Origin: a bacterium
Lineage (GTDB): Bacteria > UBA10199 > 2-02-FULL-44-16 > JAAZCA01
NCBI GenBank assembly: GCA_021810905.1
Contig: JAJZQH010000014.1
Coordinates: forward strand, 12,369-76,368
Length of the DNA stretch: 64,000 nucleotides
Reading direction: 5' to 3'
Positions within the stretch are counted from its first letter, which is position 1; each line of letters opens with the position of its first letter. The notes under the pieces were generated by a model that ran no database searches, had not been told where the DNA came from, and worked only from the letters and a program-made list of their open reading frames with translations. The position numbers were made by a program, and so were the translations under genes. Below, piece after piece: positions 48,438 to 58,267 of this stretch.

Positions 48438-49319
48438 ATGTTTCGAACGATCCTGATTGCGACCGATCTCTCCGCGGCATCGGAGGAGCTGTGCAAGTGC
48501 GTCGTGTCCCTCAAGAAGATCGGCCCGCGCGAGGTCTGGCTTGCACATGTCTGCAATGTTCGACAGGTAGGAGGGCTGGCGACCTCACTCAAGGAGGAGC
48601 ACCTCGGGGAGCTTGAACGTCAGGTGGGTATCCTCAAACGACATGGTCTCAACGCCAGGGGCGTGATCCGCCAGGGGATTCCTTTCATCGAGATCAATCG
48701 CGAGGCGACGCGGAGGAAGGCGCGCCTTATCGTCGTAGGAAGCCACGGCGAAGGACTTCTCAAGGAGATGCTGATCGGTTCTACTGCCTTCGAAATCATT
48801 CGACAGGGGACGCACCCGGTGCTCGTCTTCCGTCACGAAGTCATCGAACGCGAAGGAAATCGGCGCTGCCTGATGCGTTGCCACGATCCATTCAGGCACA
48901 TCCTCTTCGCTACGGACTTCTCGAAGAACGCGGCGCACGCCCAACTCTTTGTCGACCACATCTGCCGCGAGGCGAGGCCTCGCGTGACACTCGTTCACGT
49001 TCAGGAGAAATCACGGATCGAGCATCACCTAAAGGAACGCCTTGCAGAATTCAATCGCATCGATACCGCGCGTCTCGAGACGATCGCGAATGGCCTTCGG
49101 AAACGGGGGGCGCGGAAGGTCGACATCGCCATTCCCTACGGCCATGCCGTGAAAGAGCTCTTGAAGCTGGAACGGAAGGCGAAACCCACGCTGATTGTGC
49201 TTGGTTCGCAAGGTCGCAGCTGGACAAACGAGCTTTTCCTAGGGAGCGTCGCCCACAACGTCGTCCGGCACGCCAAAACGCCGGTTCTCGTTGTGCCATG
49301 GCGTCCCGCGTTTGCATAA
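48438..49319 (+). CDS. Tandem universal stress protein
   Basis: Two ILxATDxS...GSxG..GS domains. Confidence 0.92.
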   Translation: MFRTILIATDLSAASEELCKCVVSLKKIGPREVWLAHVCNVRQVGGLATSLKEEHLGELERQVGILKRHGLNARGVIRQGIPFIEINREATRRKARLIVVGSHGEGLLKEMLIGSTAFEIIRQGTHPVLVFRHEVIEREGNRRCLMRCHDPFRHILFATDFSKNAAHAQLFVDHICREARPRVTLVHVQEKSRIEHHLKERLAEFNRIDTARLETIANGLRKRGARKVDIAIPYGHAVKELLKLERKAKPTLIVLGSQGRSWTNELFLGSVAHNVVRHAKTPVLVVPWRPAFA

Positions 49320-49356
49320 CCTTTTCCCGGAAAAAAAGCCTTTGGAGAGGCTGATC

Positions 49357-49695
49357 ATGAATATCGAAATATATGATCCGGCAATGTGTTGTTCGACGGG
49401 GCTCTGCGGGCCGGCGATCGATCCGGTGCTCGTCAGAATGAACGATGCCTTGCTGGCATTGAAAAAACAGGGAGTCGAAATCGAACGGTTCAATCTTGCC
49501 CAGCAGACACAAGCGTTCATGATGAACAAAACGGTCGCCGGCCTACTCCATAAGAACGGAAAAAAGATACTGCCTGTCATTTTTGTCAATGGAGAGGTGT
49601 TCATGACGGGTCGATATCCGTCCTATGAGGAGTTGTGCGAGGTGCTGGGCATTGAACCATTAAAGCAACAACCAATAACGCTGACAGCTCGCTGA
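49357..49695 (+). CDS. arsD: Arsenite metallochaperone
   Basis: YDPAMCCSTGLCGP, RFNLAQ, GRYPS. Confidence 0.95.
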   Translation: MNIEIYDPAMCCSTGLCGPAIDPVLVRMNDALLALKKQGVEIERFNLAQQTQAFMMNKTVAGLLHKNGKKILPVIFVNGEVFMTGRYPSYEELCEVLGIEPLKQQPITLTAR

Positions 49696-49712
49696 TAACA
49701 TGAGGAGGATGA

Positions 49713-50006
49713 ATGCTTACGGTGACTGATAATGCGGTAGAGCGATTCAAAAAAATGCTTCAGGAAAATAGCGGTGAAAATTGCGGGATAAGGATATTCG
49801 CAGCCGGCGGCGGTTGTTGTGGCCCCTCCATGGCGATGGATATGGCGGAAAAAGCCGAAAGTGGAGATGAAACCATTGATGTAAGTGGGCTTAAGATCTT
49901 CCTTGATATAGAGGCGGGCAAATTACTCGGCGGCGCGACAATAGATTACTCTGATCAGCAGGGTTTCATCATAACGGGAATGCCGCGCGCGTCATGCTGC
50001 GGTTGA
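49713..50006 (+). CDS. HesB/IscA-like Fe-S accessory protein
   Basis: LTVTDNA, IRIF..GGGCCGP, IDYS, C-terminal SCCG. Confidence 0.85.
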   Translation: MLTVTDNAVERFKKMLQENSGENCGIRIFAAGGGCCGPSMAMDMAEKAESGDETIDVSGLKIFLDIEAGKLLGGATIDYSDQQGFIITGMPRASCCG

Positions 50007-50015
50007 AATTCGGAG

Positions 50016-51818
50016 ATGACGCAGATGACGAAATATCTTTTTTTCTCGGGCAAGGGAGGCGTCGGCAAGACCACGATGGCGTCCTCAACCGCCATTCATC
50101 ATGCGGAGGCAGGAAAACGGACCCTGATCGTGACGACCGACCCTGCCTCCAACCTGGCCGATGTCTTCGAGCAGGAGATAGGGCACGCAATAACGCCCAT
50201 CCGGGACGTGAAGGGTCTCTTTGCCATGGAGATCGACCCCGATGAAGCGACGAGGGAATACAAGGAACGGATCATCGGTCCGTTCAGGGAGGTTATGCCG
50301 GAAGACGTCATCGCGTCCCTCGAGGAAAACTTAAGCGGCCCGTGCACTACGGAGATGGCCTCCTTTGACCGCTTCATCGACTTCATGGAGGACGATGCCT
50401 ACGACGTCATCGTGTTTGATACCGCCCCAACGGGCCACACGATAAGGCTCCTTGAGCTGCCGGTTGACTGGTCCAGGCATATTGAGGAATCCGCAAAGGG
50501 GAGCGGGCAGACATGCCTCGGCCCGGTTCAGTCCATCCAGGAATCGAAGGCAAAATACGACAGGGCGACTGCCCTCCTCACCGCTCCCGACAAAACGAGC
50601 TTTGTCTTTGTCATGAGGCCTGAGGAGCTGTCGCTCTACGAAACCCTCAGGGCATCCCGCGAGCTCGAGACCATCGGTGTAAAATCGGGAGAACTCATCA
50701 TCAACGGCATTCTGCCGGAAGAGGTCTGCGAGATCGCCTTCTTCAGAAAAAAATACGAGGCGCAGCAGCGGGTCATCAAAGAGGCGGAGTCGGCAATACC
50801 AAAACCAACGCGCTTCATGCTCCTTCGGGACAATGAGGTCAAAGGCATAGAGGCGTTACGTGCTATGGCAGAGGAGCTCTACAATGGCACGAGATCTGCC
50901 CCCAGCGTCGAGGGCATGACGTTCCAGGCCGATATCGCCGTGGAGAAGCCGGACGTCGATCGCCTCCTCCTTCCTGCCGGCGAGACGAAGGCGATATTCT
51001 TCACTGGGAAGGGCGGCGTGGGCAAAACGACTGTGTCCTGTATCGCGGCTGTTCATATCGCGCAGAGGGGTTTTAAGACGCTCCTCGTTACGACGGACCC
51101 GGCGGCGCACATCGGGGAGGTGCTCGGCGTGAAGGTCCAGAGCACGCCGACTCTGGTTACGTATAATCTGTACGCCGTCATGGTCGACCAGGAAGAGGCT
51201 TTCAATATCTATAGGGACAGGGTCTTGAGCGAATCCAGAGGCAAATATTCCGAGGACATGATTGCCGCCATGGAGGAAGAGCTGAATTCGCCGTGTACTC
51301 AGGAGATGGCGGCCTTTGACACCTTCATCCAGTTCATCGAAAGCAAGGAGTACGACGCCATCGTCTTTGACACGGCGCCGACGGGTCACACCTTGAGATT
51401 GCTCTCCCTGCCGTTTGATTATGCAAAGCAGATGGAGATGATGGTATCGACGGAAGAGGCTTCGCACGCCGGCAATGTGACGGGCAACAGGTTTCGTGAT
51501 ATCATCGACGTACTGAAAAACAAGAACAAGGCATGTTTCGCTTTCGTCCTTTATCCCGAGTCCACGCCGATTCTCGAATCTTACAGGGCGATGCTGGACC
51601 TCAGGGATGCCGGAATCGAGACGCAGGTTGTTGTCTCCAATATGATGTTGCCGAAAGAGGTCTGTACCAACCATTTCTTTGAGAACAGAAGAAGGATGCA
51701 ACTGAAATATCTGTTGGAAATCGAGGAGAAATTCAATCTGCCGGTCCTGCAGCTACCGCTCTTCCAGGATGAAGTAAAGGGCCTCGGACCGCTGAAAATG
51801 GCGGCGGGAAATTTGTAA
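50016..51818 (+). CDS. arsA: Arsenite-stimulated ATPase
   Basis: Two GKGGVGKTT and DTAPTGHT halves. Confidence 0.95.
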   Translation: MTQMTKYLFFSGKGGVGKTTMASSTAIHHAEAGKRTLIVTTDPASNLADVFEQEIGHAITPIRDVKGLFAMEIDPDEATREYKERIIGPFREVMPEDVIASLEENLSGPCTTEMASFDRFIDFMEDDAYDVIVFDTAPTGHTIRLLELPVDWSRHIEESAKGSGQTCLGPVQSIQESKAKYDRATALLTAPDKTSFVFVMRPEELSLYETLRASRELETIGVKSGELIINGILPEEVCEIAFFRKKYEAQQRVIKEAESAIPKPTRFMLLRDNEVKGIEALRAMAEELYNGTRSAPSVEGMTFQADIAVEKPDVDRLLLPAGETKAIFFTGKGGVGKTTVSCIAAVHIAQRGFKTLLVTTDPAAHIGEVLGVKVQSTPTLVTYNLYAVMVDQEEAFNIYRDRVLSESRGKYSEDMIAAMEEELNSPCTQEMAAFDTFIQFIESKEYDAIVFDTAPTGHTLRLLSLPFDYAKQMEMMVSTEEASHAGNVTGNRFRDIIDVLKNKNKACFAFVLYPESTPILESYRAMLDLRDAGIETQVVVSNMMLPKEVCTNHFFENRRRMQLKYLLEIEEKFNLPVLQLPLFQDEVKGLGPLKMAAGNL

Positions 51819-51828
51819 ACGGGTAACT

Positions 51829-52280
51829 ATGCACATTCTCGAAACTGCTAATATGTCGCTGGAGATGGAGGAACGGGTGATTTTAAACGACCTCAGCTTG
51901 TCGGTCGAGGCCGGAACGATCCACTCCATTCTCGGGCCGAACGCCGCGGGGAAGTCAAGCCTGGCCTACGCTCTCATAGGTTGTTGCGACTATTTTCCGC
52001 AAAAAGGTTCCATTCAATTTCTTGGTGAAGATGTTACCGATGCCCCCGTGAGCAAGAGGGCGCGAATGGGCATGACGCTCGCATGGCAGGAGCCCGCCCG
52101 TTTCGAGGGGCTCACGGTAGAAGATTATATTGCCGTCGGTATGCGAGAGAAGAACGACGATGCCATTAACGAAGCACTTCGCCACGTTCTATTGAATCCG
52201 GATGACTATCGACACAGAGCGGTCGATAAAACCTTGAGTGGCGGGGAGAGAAAACGAATTGAGCTCGCCGCCATCTTCCG
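51829..52280 (+). pseudogene. SufC/SmsC-like ABC ATPase, 3'-truncated
   Basis: GPNAAGKS Walker A, AWQEPARF, LSGGERKRIELA; no Walker B or H-loop follows. Confidence 0.75.
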
Positions 52281-53186
52281 TACCAGAATGCCGGTGGGGT
52301 ACCCGCGGTTTTTAAACGCTCCGATATCGCCCATCTCATCGTCCATAGGAACAAGGTCATCGGCAGCACGACGGTGAAGGGATTGATACTCGAGCCGAAA
52401 GAATCCGCTGCGGGGGTTGATATACGACTGACAGTACAGCGAGGGGTAAAAATTGAAAATCTTGTGCATCTCTGTTTTGGCGTCCTTCCAAAGGAAGGCG
52501 TTCAGGAAATTAACATCAATGCGCTGATTGAGGATGACGCCGGAGTTAAGCTTCTTGCCCATTGCGTCTTTCCCAATGCCGTTAAGGTGGTCCATAAAAT
52601 GTTGGCCGATATTACGATCGGCAACAACGCTTATTATGAATATAATGAGGTGCATCATCACGGCGAAGGCGGCGGCATCGAAGTTGTTCCAAAGGCGAAA
52701 ATCAGGGTTGGTAATAACAGCAGTCTGACGACGACATTTTCCCTACTCAAGGGCAGGGTGGGTGTATTCAATCTGGACTACGAAACGGAGGTCTTGGACC
52801 ATTCTTCACTTGATATGACGGCAAAGATCTACGGTTACGGTGACGACCAGATACTAATCAGAGAGGCTGGGCGCGTTATCGGCGAATCCTCTCGAGGCCT
52901 CCTCAAAAGCCGCGTTGCCCTGAAAGAGAATGCTATGTGCGAGATTGTCAACGAACTTACCGCCTCCGCCAGCGGCGCCAGGGGCCACGTTGACTGCGTG
53001 GAGATCATCCAGGGCAGCGCTACGGCAAAGGCCGTTCCTATCGTCCATGTGACGAACGAATTCGCGCAAGTCACCCACGAGGCAGCCATAGGCAGGGTGG
53101 ACAAAAAACAGGTTGAAACCCTGATGGCGCGGGGACTTGATGAAGAAAAGGCCATTGACGTCGTGGTTGGCGGATTTCTCAAGTAA
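52281..53186 (+). CDS. SufB/SufD (SmsB)-like scaffold; 5' end apparently deleted, in-frame GTG at 52374
   Basis: VHLCFG, AHCVFPNA, ARGHVDCVEI, VTHEAAIG; frame extends back to YQNAGG at 52281. Confidence 0.8.
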   Translation, partial: YQNAGGVPAVFKRSDIAHLIVHRNKVIGSTTVKGLILEPKESAAGVDIRLTVQRGVKIENLVHLCFGVLPKEGVQEININALIEDDAGVKLLAHCVFPNAVKVVHKMLADITIGNNAYYEYNEVHHHGEGGGIEVVPKAKIRVGNNSSLTTTFSLLKGRVGVFNLDYETEVLDHSSLDMTAKIYGYGDDQILIREAGRVIGESSRGLLKSRVALKENAMCEIVNELTASASGARGHVDCVEIIQGSATAKAVPIVHVTNEFAQVTHEAAIGRVDKKQVETLMARGLDEEKAIDVVVGGFLK

Positions 53187-53206
53187 TTTCAAAACAGGGG
53201 GATAAT

Positions 53207-53575
53207 ATGAAAATAGCAATTCTCATGTGCGCATGCAGCGGGGTGTGTCCCAGTATGGCGAAGATCAATTTCTTCGATCTCATGGAAAGGTTGAGGCTCG
53301 AAGTGCCGCACGATTTCATGGTTTTGCACCCGCGCCTGTGCGAGGAAAACGGCGAGGCCCTTATGCGGGACCTGCTCAAGCCTGATACGGTCTACGTCAC
53401 GCCAGCCTGTAACGAAAAACATCAGATGAAGCTCCTTGCGGCCGGCTTTTCGAAGGCCGGCGTGCCCATGGATGATAAGCACTGGATTCCGGTGACGCTC
53501 GCGCAGAAGGACACCGACCAGGCGTTTGCGGATATCAAGGCCGCCGTTGAAAAGGCGAAGGGGATCGCGTCATGA
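53207..53575 (+). CDS. Small Cys protein resembling the HdrA N-terminal domain
   Basis: ILMCAC..C, RLCEENG, TPAC spacing. Confidence 0.6.
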   Translation: MKIAILMCACSGVCPSMAKINFFDLMERLRLEVPHDFMVLHPRLCEENGEALMRDLLKPDTVYVTPACNEKHQMKLLAAGFSKAGVPMDDKHWIPVTLAQKDTDQAFADIKAAVEKAKGIAS

Positions 53576-53850
53576 AGAAGACCTACCTAGGCGTCCCGCG
53601 CGAAGAGATTCCGTGGTATCCCCATATCAACGCCGATCTGTGCACGTTGTGCGGTGCGTGCAAGGAGTTCTGCCCGAACGATGTGTTCGAGGCTGGCGTC
53701 GAGTGCATGCTCGTCAAGAATCCGATGAACTGCGTCGTCGCTTGCGACAAGTGCGCGGCTGAGTGCCCGATTGCGGCGATCTCATTCCCCGACAAGGCCC
53801 AGCTGCTCAAGTGGGTCGAGGAAGCCAAGAGCAAGAAAGGAACGACATGA
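53572..53850 (+). CDS. 2x[4Fe-4S] ferredoxin
   Basis: CTLCGACKEFCP and CVVACDKCAAECP. Confidence 0.92.
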   Translation: MKKTYLGVPREEIPWYPHINADLCTLCGACKEFCPNDVFEAGVECMLVKNPMNCVVACDKCAAECPIAAISFPDKAQLLKWVEEAKSKKGTT

Positions 53851-54335
53851 AAGCGCGCAAAGCCATCAGAAACGCTTTGCGCATCGTCCTTTTGCTCATC
53901 GTCGCGGGGAGCGTCGGATATCTCTTCGCGAAGGATTACGTGTGGAACGGCGGCGAAATGCCTGCCCCTGTAGCCGCTCCTTCGGCCACGCCCGACCACG
54001 TCGTCGCTTACTATTTCCACAGCAATTTCCGCTGCGTGTCCTGCCGAGAGATCGAGGAATATTCCCGCGCGGCGATCGAGGAGGGCTTCCAGCTGGAGTT
54101 GAAAGACGGCCGCCTCTCGTTCGAGGTCGTCAATGTTGAGGAGCCGCAGAATCGCCATTTCATCCGTGACTACTCCCTTGTCACGAAGTCGTTGGTGCTA
54201 GTGCTCAAGGACGGCGACCGACAGGTGCGCTTCAAGAACCTCGATTTCGTCTGGCAGCTCCTTGGTTCTCCCGACCAATTCAAAATATATGTCCAGAATG
54301 AGGTCCGCGGATTTCTCGGTGAGGTGCGACGATGA
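53847..54335 (+). CDS. ArsF-like membrane-anchored thioredoxin-fold protein
   Basis: TM anchor, YYFHSNFRCVSC. Confidence 0.75.
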   Translation: MKARKAIRNALRIVLLLIVAGSVGYLFAKDYVWNGGEMPAPVAAPSATPDHVVAYYFHSNFRCVSCREIEEYSRAAIEEGFQLELKDGRLSFEVVNVEEPQNRHFIRDYSLVTKSLVLVLKDGDRQVRFKNLDFVWQLLGSPDQFKIYVQNEVRGFLGEVRR

Positions 54336-55015
54336 CGTTCCTCGGACTCCTCTCGGCCCTGTGGCTGGGACTCTTGACCTCCGTTTCTCCGTGTCCTCTT
54401 GCGACGAATGTCGCCGCTGTTTCCTTCGTCTCGCGACGTTTTTCAAATCATACAGCCGTGCTTTCGGCGGGGGTGCTCTACACGCTGGGGCGCGTTTTTA
54501 CCTACACGTTGCTCGGCGCATTCCTCGTCACAGGTCTCATCAATGCATCCCGCATCTCCTTCTTCCTGCAATTCTCTATTGGGAAATTCCTTGGCCCTGC
54601 GATGATCCTCGTAGGCATGGTTGTCTTGGATCTCATTAGAATTCCCCTCCCGAAGGGGAGGTGGCTCTCTCGCATGGAGGAACGCGCCGGACGATGGGGA
54701 CAACCCGGTTCGGTTGTCCTGGGCATCCTCTTCGCGATTATGTTTTGTCCCGTCTCGGCTGCGCTTTTCTTCGGTGGGTTGATTCCGCTTGCGGTAGAAC
54801 AGAAGTCGTCATTTCTCCTGCCAACGCTGTACGGGATCGGGACCGGTCTTCCGGTGGCACTCTTTGCCGTTTTCTTTGCAGTCGGTTTGAAGCGGGTGGG
54901 CAGGATCGTCCATCGCATGGCGAGCGTGGAAATATGGGCGCGTCGCGCGACAGGCGTCATCTTCATTCTTATCGGGCTGTACGAAACATATCTCGCTTTG
55001 CGAGGCGCTGCATGA
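54332..55015 (+). CDS. ArsG-like (CcdA/DsbD_2 family) membrane protein
   Basis: SPCPLATN, FCPVSAALFFG, GIGTGLP. Confidence 0.78.
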   Translation: MTFLGLLSALWLGLLTSVSPCPLATNVAAVSFVSRRFSNHTAVLSAGVLYTLGRVFTYTLLGAFLVTGLINASRISFFLQFSIGKFLGPAMILVGMVVLDLIRIPLPKGRWLSRMEERAGRWGQPGSVVLGILFAIMFCPVSAALFFGGLIPLAVEQKSSFLLPTLYGIGTGLPVALFAVFFAVGLKRVGRIVHRMASVEIWARRATGVIFILIGLYETYLALRGAA

Positions 55016-55032
55016 TCTGAAAGGAGCTGTTC

Positions 55033-55326
55033 ATGGAAATCAAAGTTCTCGGACCCGGATGCTCCAATTGTCAAACGCTGATCGAGCGCGTCGGAAAGGC
55101 CGTTCAAAAGGCGGGCGTCGAGGCGACGATCACCAAGGTGACGGATTACGACGAGATGCTCTCTTACGGCATCATGAGCACGCCTGGGCTCGTCATCGAT
55201 GGGAAGCTCATAATGAGCGGCAGGGTGCCGTCCGTTGACGAAATTACAAAATTGATCGCAGACACAAATGTGGCGGTGGCATCGGTGAGCGCTGGAGGCA
55301 AATGCAGCTGCGGCAGTTGCTGCTGA
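55033..55326 (+). CDS. MTH895/ArsE-like small thioredoxin
   Basis: IKVLGPGCSNC, GIMSTPGLVIDG, Cys-rich tail. Confidence 0.88.
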   Translation: MEIKVLGPGCSNCQTLIERVGKAVQKAGVEATITKVTDYDEMLSYGIMSTPGLVIDGKLIMSGRVPSVDEITKLIADTNVAVASVSAGGKCSCGSCC

Positions 55327-55337
55327 GAGGAGGAAAT

Positions 55338-55565
55338 ATGTCAGGAAGTTTACCGGATAATACTCGCGAACTGGTTGCAATGGCGGCTTCGGTTGCCTGC
55401 GGCTGTGAGCCCTGCCTCAAATACCATTACGACGCTGCTAAAAAAGCCGGTTGCAGCGTGAAAGAAATGACCGATGCGGTCGGTATCGCCATGATGGTCA
55501 AACAGGCACCGCTCAAAGCCATGGAAGAGCTCACACAACGATTAGGTATACGGAAGGGGGCATGA
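55338..55565 (+). CDS. CMD/AhpD-like protein
   Basis: RELVAMAASVACGCEPCLKYH. Confidence 0.85.
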   Translation: MSGSLPDNTRELVAMAASVACGCEPCLKYHYDAAKKAGCSVKEMTDAVGIAMMVKQAPLKAMEELTQRLGIRKGA

Positions 55566-55630
55566 GCCCCGGGTCATTTTGACGTCTTCTTGGCTGCTGA
55601 TGGACGCTCGTTCGTTCGGAAAGGTCTTTC

Positions 55631-56089
55631 ATGACGCGACTCAAGATATTGTTTCTCTGCACCGGCAACTCCTGCCGCAGCCAGATGGCGGAGGGATGGG
55701 CGAAGCATCTCCTTGGGGATGATGTCGAGGTATACTCCGCTGGCGTCGAGGCGCACGGACTCAATCCACGCGCGGTCAAGGTCATGGCCGAGGCGGGCGT
55801 GAACATATCCGGACAGAAATCGAAAACAATCGAGGAACTGGGCGATTCCACGTTCGATGTGGTCATAACGGTCTGCGACCGGGCGCGCGAGTCTTGCCCG
55901 ATCTTTCCCGGGAATGCTGAGAAGATCCATCGTTCTTTCGACGATCCGCCGAGCTTGGCCGAGGAAGCGAAAACCGAAGAGGAAGCCCTGGAGCACTACC
56001 GCCGCGTGCGCGATGAAATCCGCGCGTTCGTTGAAACATTGCTGGACATCTTGAACAACACGGGGAAAAAATCGGAAGAGCAGGCGTGA
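55631..56089 (+). CDS. arsC: Arsenate reductase, LMW-PTP type
   Basis: [22 protein letters not shown]. Confidence 0.93.
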   Translation: MTRLKILFLCTGNSCRSQMAEGWAKHLLGDDVEVYSAGVEAHGLNPRAVKVMAEAGVNISGQKSKTIEELGDSTFDVVITVCDRARESCPIFPGNAEKIHRSFDDPPSLAEEAKTEEEALEHYRRVRDEIRAFVETLLDILNNTGKKSEEQA

Positions 56090-56131
56090 ACAGACATCTC
56101 ACGCTGTAAATTTCGGGAAGATCCAGGAACG

Positions 56132-56560
56132 ATGAAAGATCAATACATCAAGAGCATTCTCTTTCTGTGTACGGGCAACGCCTGTCGCTCGCAGATGGCT
56201 GAAGGGTTTGCGCGTGAAATGCTGCCTCCGGGATGGCGGGTGTACAGCGCGGGAATTAAGGCGTCGGGCCTGAATCAGCGGGCGGCGGCGGTGATGAGCG
56301 AGGTCGGATTCGACATCTCAAGCCAGCGTTCAAAGACGCTGGACGAAATTCCCGTGGACGATATCGATTACGTGATCACGCTGTGCGGCCATGCGAGGGA
56401 CATGTGCCCAGTATTTCTACGTGCGGTGTTCACAGAGCACTGGCCGATAGACGACCCGATTCGATCCGAAGGAACGCCCATGGAGCAGCGGGTCTTTCGC
56501 AGTACGAGGGATGATATCCGGCGCCGCGTGCAGGACCTTGCGAGGCGTCTGAAGGGGTAG
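56132..56560 (+). CDS. arsC: Second arsenate reductase, LMW-PTP type
   Basis: [26 protein letters not shown]. Confidence 0.9.
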   Translation: MKDQYIKSILFLCTGNACRSQMAEGFAREMLPPGWRVYSAGIKASGLNQRAAAVMSEVGFDISSQRSKTLDEIPVDDIDYVITLCGHARDMCPVFLRAVFTEHWPIDDPIRSEGTPMEQRVFRSTRDDIRRRVQDLARRLKG

Positions 56561-56563
56561 TGA

Positions 56564-57511
56564 ATGTTCGATCTTATCGCCAGCAGGATCGTATACCGCC
56601 TGCTCTCATTCGAGCAAGGGACGTATGCAGGCGACGCCGTGCATTTTTTCGTCATGGACGTGATGAAGATCTTCGTGCTGCTCGCGGTCGTCATCACGCT
56701 CGTCAGCTATCTCCGCTCGTATTTTCCGGCGACGCGCTCGCGCATGTTGCTGGCCGGACGCAAGCGTTTCGGCTATCCCCTGGCCGGCGGCCTTGGAGTC
56801 CTGACTCCGTTCTGCTCGTGTTCGGCGGTGCCGATGTTCATAGGCTTCATCGAGGCCGGCATCCCGCTCGGCGTAACGATGACCTTTCTGATAGCGAGTC
56901 CCACCGTAAACGAGATAGCGATAGCGCTGCTCTTCGGGCTCTTCGGCTGGAAGGTGACGACTATCTATATAGCGAGCGGGCTCGCGATTGCGATCGTCGG
57001 CGGCATCATAATCGATGCGCTGAAGATGGAGAGGCACGTTGAGGACTACGTGTGGAATCTGCGCTTCGACAACGTGTCCGATGCGGTGATCCCTTCGCAG
57101 CGGGAGAGAATAGTACAGGCCGTCGCGCACATGCGTTCGATCATCTCGAAAATCTGGATATTCGTCTTCGTCGGCATCGGTATCGGCGCTACGATCCACG
57201 GTTTTGTCCCTGCATCGTGGATCGTGGAGCACTTGGGCGCCAGGCAGTGGTGGTCGGTGCCAGCGGCGGTGCTGATAGGCGTGCCGCTCTACGGCAACGC
57301 TGGCAGCACTCTCCCCGCGATTGGAGAGCTCATCGCCAAGGGCGTGCCGCTGGGCACGGCGCTGGCGCTCATGATGTCGATCACCGCGATCTCGCTGCCG
57401 GAACTCATCCTGTTGCGACGAGTGCTCAAACCCCGGCTGCTTGCGGTATTCGTAGGAATCGTTGCCGCGGCGATCGTCTGCGTGGGCTATCTCTTCAACG
57501 CGATCCTGTAA
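56564..57511 (+). CDS. ArsP (DUF318) permease
   Basis: TPFCSCSAVP, FLIASP, GVPLY, SLPE. Confidence 0.88.
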   Translation: MFDLIASRIVYRLLSFEQGTYAGDAVHFFVMDVMKIFVLLAVVITLVSYLRSYFPATRSRMLLAGRKRFGYPLAGGLGVLTPFCSCSAVPMFIGFIEAGIPLGVTMTFLIASPTVNEIAIALLFGLFGWKVTTIYIASGLAIAIVGGIIIDALKMERHVEDYVWNLRFDNVSDAVIPSQRERIVQAVAHMRSIISKIWIFVFVGIGIGATIHGFVPASWIVEHLGARQWWSVPAAVLIGVPLYGNAGSTLPAIGELIAKGVPLGTALALMMSITAISLPELILLRRVLKPRLLAVFVGIVAAAIVCVGYLFNAIL

Positions 57512-57517
57512 ATATTA

Positions 57518-57552
57518 CCCCTCCTTTGTAAGGAGGGGTAGGGGAGGTAGAT
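57518..57552. repeat. REP-like palindrome, single copy
   Basis: CCCCTCCTTTGTAAGGAGGGGTAGGGGAGGTAGAT, same family as 24705-24794. Confidence 0.75.
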
Positions 57553-57612
57553 CCTTTCACTTCAAGTGGGGCAAGTTGACACGTCCACGTGGATAAGGCT
57601 AAAACGCGCGGC

Positions 57613-58152
57613 ATGGAAAACCTGATCAGGGAAATGCTCTCAAAGCTCGGCGAAGATCCTTCGCGCGAGGGGCTCCGCAAGACGCCAGCTCGCGTGAAGG
57701 AATCGCTCGGATTCCTGACCGAAGGTTATCGCCAGGACCCTCGCGCGCTCATCGAAAATTCTGTATATTCGGACAAGCACGAGGAGATGGTGCTCGTGCG
57801 GGATATTCCCATCTACAGCCTCTGCGAGCATCACCTGCTGCCGTTCTTCGGCACTGCGCACGTGGGTTACATTCCCAACGAAAAGATCGTGGGGATCTCC
57901 AAGATCGCGCGCATGGTCGATCTCTTCGCGCGCAGGCTCCAGGTGCAGGAGCGGCTCACCAATCAGATTGCTGAGACGCTCATGGAAGTACTCAAACCCA
58001 AGGGAGTGGCGGTAGTGATCGACGCGGAGCACCTCTGCATGCAGATGAGGGGAGTGCAGAAGCGCGGCACCTCGGTCGTCACATCCTCAATGCTCGGCGC
58101 GTTCCGCCGTAAGCCCGAGACGCGCGCGGAGTTCATGAATCTGATCAAGTAA
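57613..58152 (+). CDS. folE: GTP cyclohydrolase I
   Basis: [39 protein letters not shown]. Confidence 0.97.
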   Translation: MENLIREMLSKLGEDPSREGLRKTPARVKESLGFLTEGYRQDPRALIENSVYSDKHEEMVLVRDIPIYSLCEHHLLPFFGTAHVGYIPNEKIVGISKIARMVDLFARRLQVQERLTNQIAETLMEVLKPKGVAVVIDAEHLCMQMRGVQKRGTSVVTSSMLGAFRRKPETRAEFMNLIK

Positions 58153-58262
58153 ATCCCAAATTTCAACAACCCAGTTCTAAACAATTTTCAACCTCCAAAA
58201 AATCAAACAATATCCTGGTGTTTGATTTTTGGAGCTTTGAAATTTTGGTGCTTGAAATTTGA
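58152..58262. repeat. AT-rich convergent short-repeat hairpin between convergent genes
   Basis: aaatttcaa..ctccaaaaaatcaaaca / tgtttgatttttggag..ttgaaattt. Confidence 0.6.
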
Positions 58263-58267
58263 TATCT

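Noticed and set aside
49713..50006. Selenocysteine recoding in the HesB-like or other redox genes
   Set aside because: Motif positions are TGT/TGC; no internal in-frame TGA
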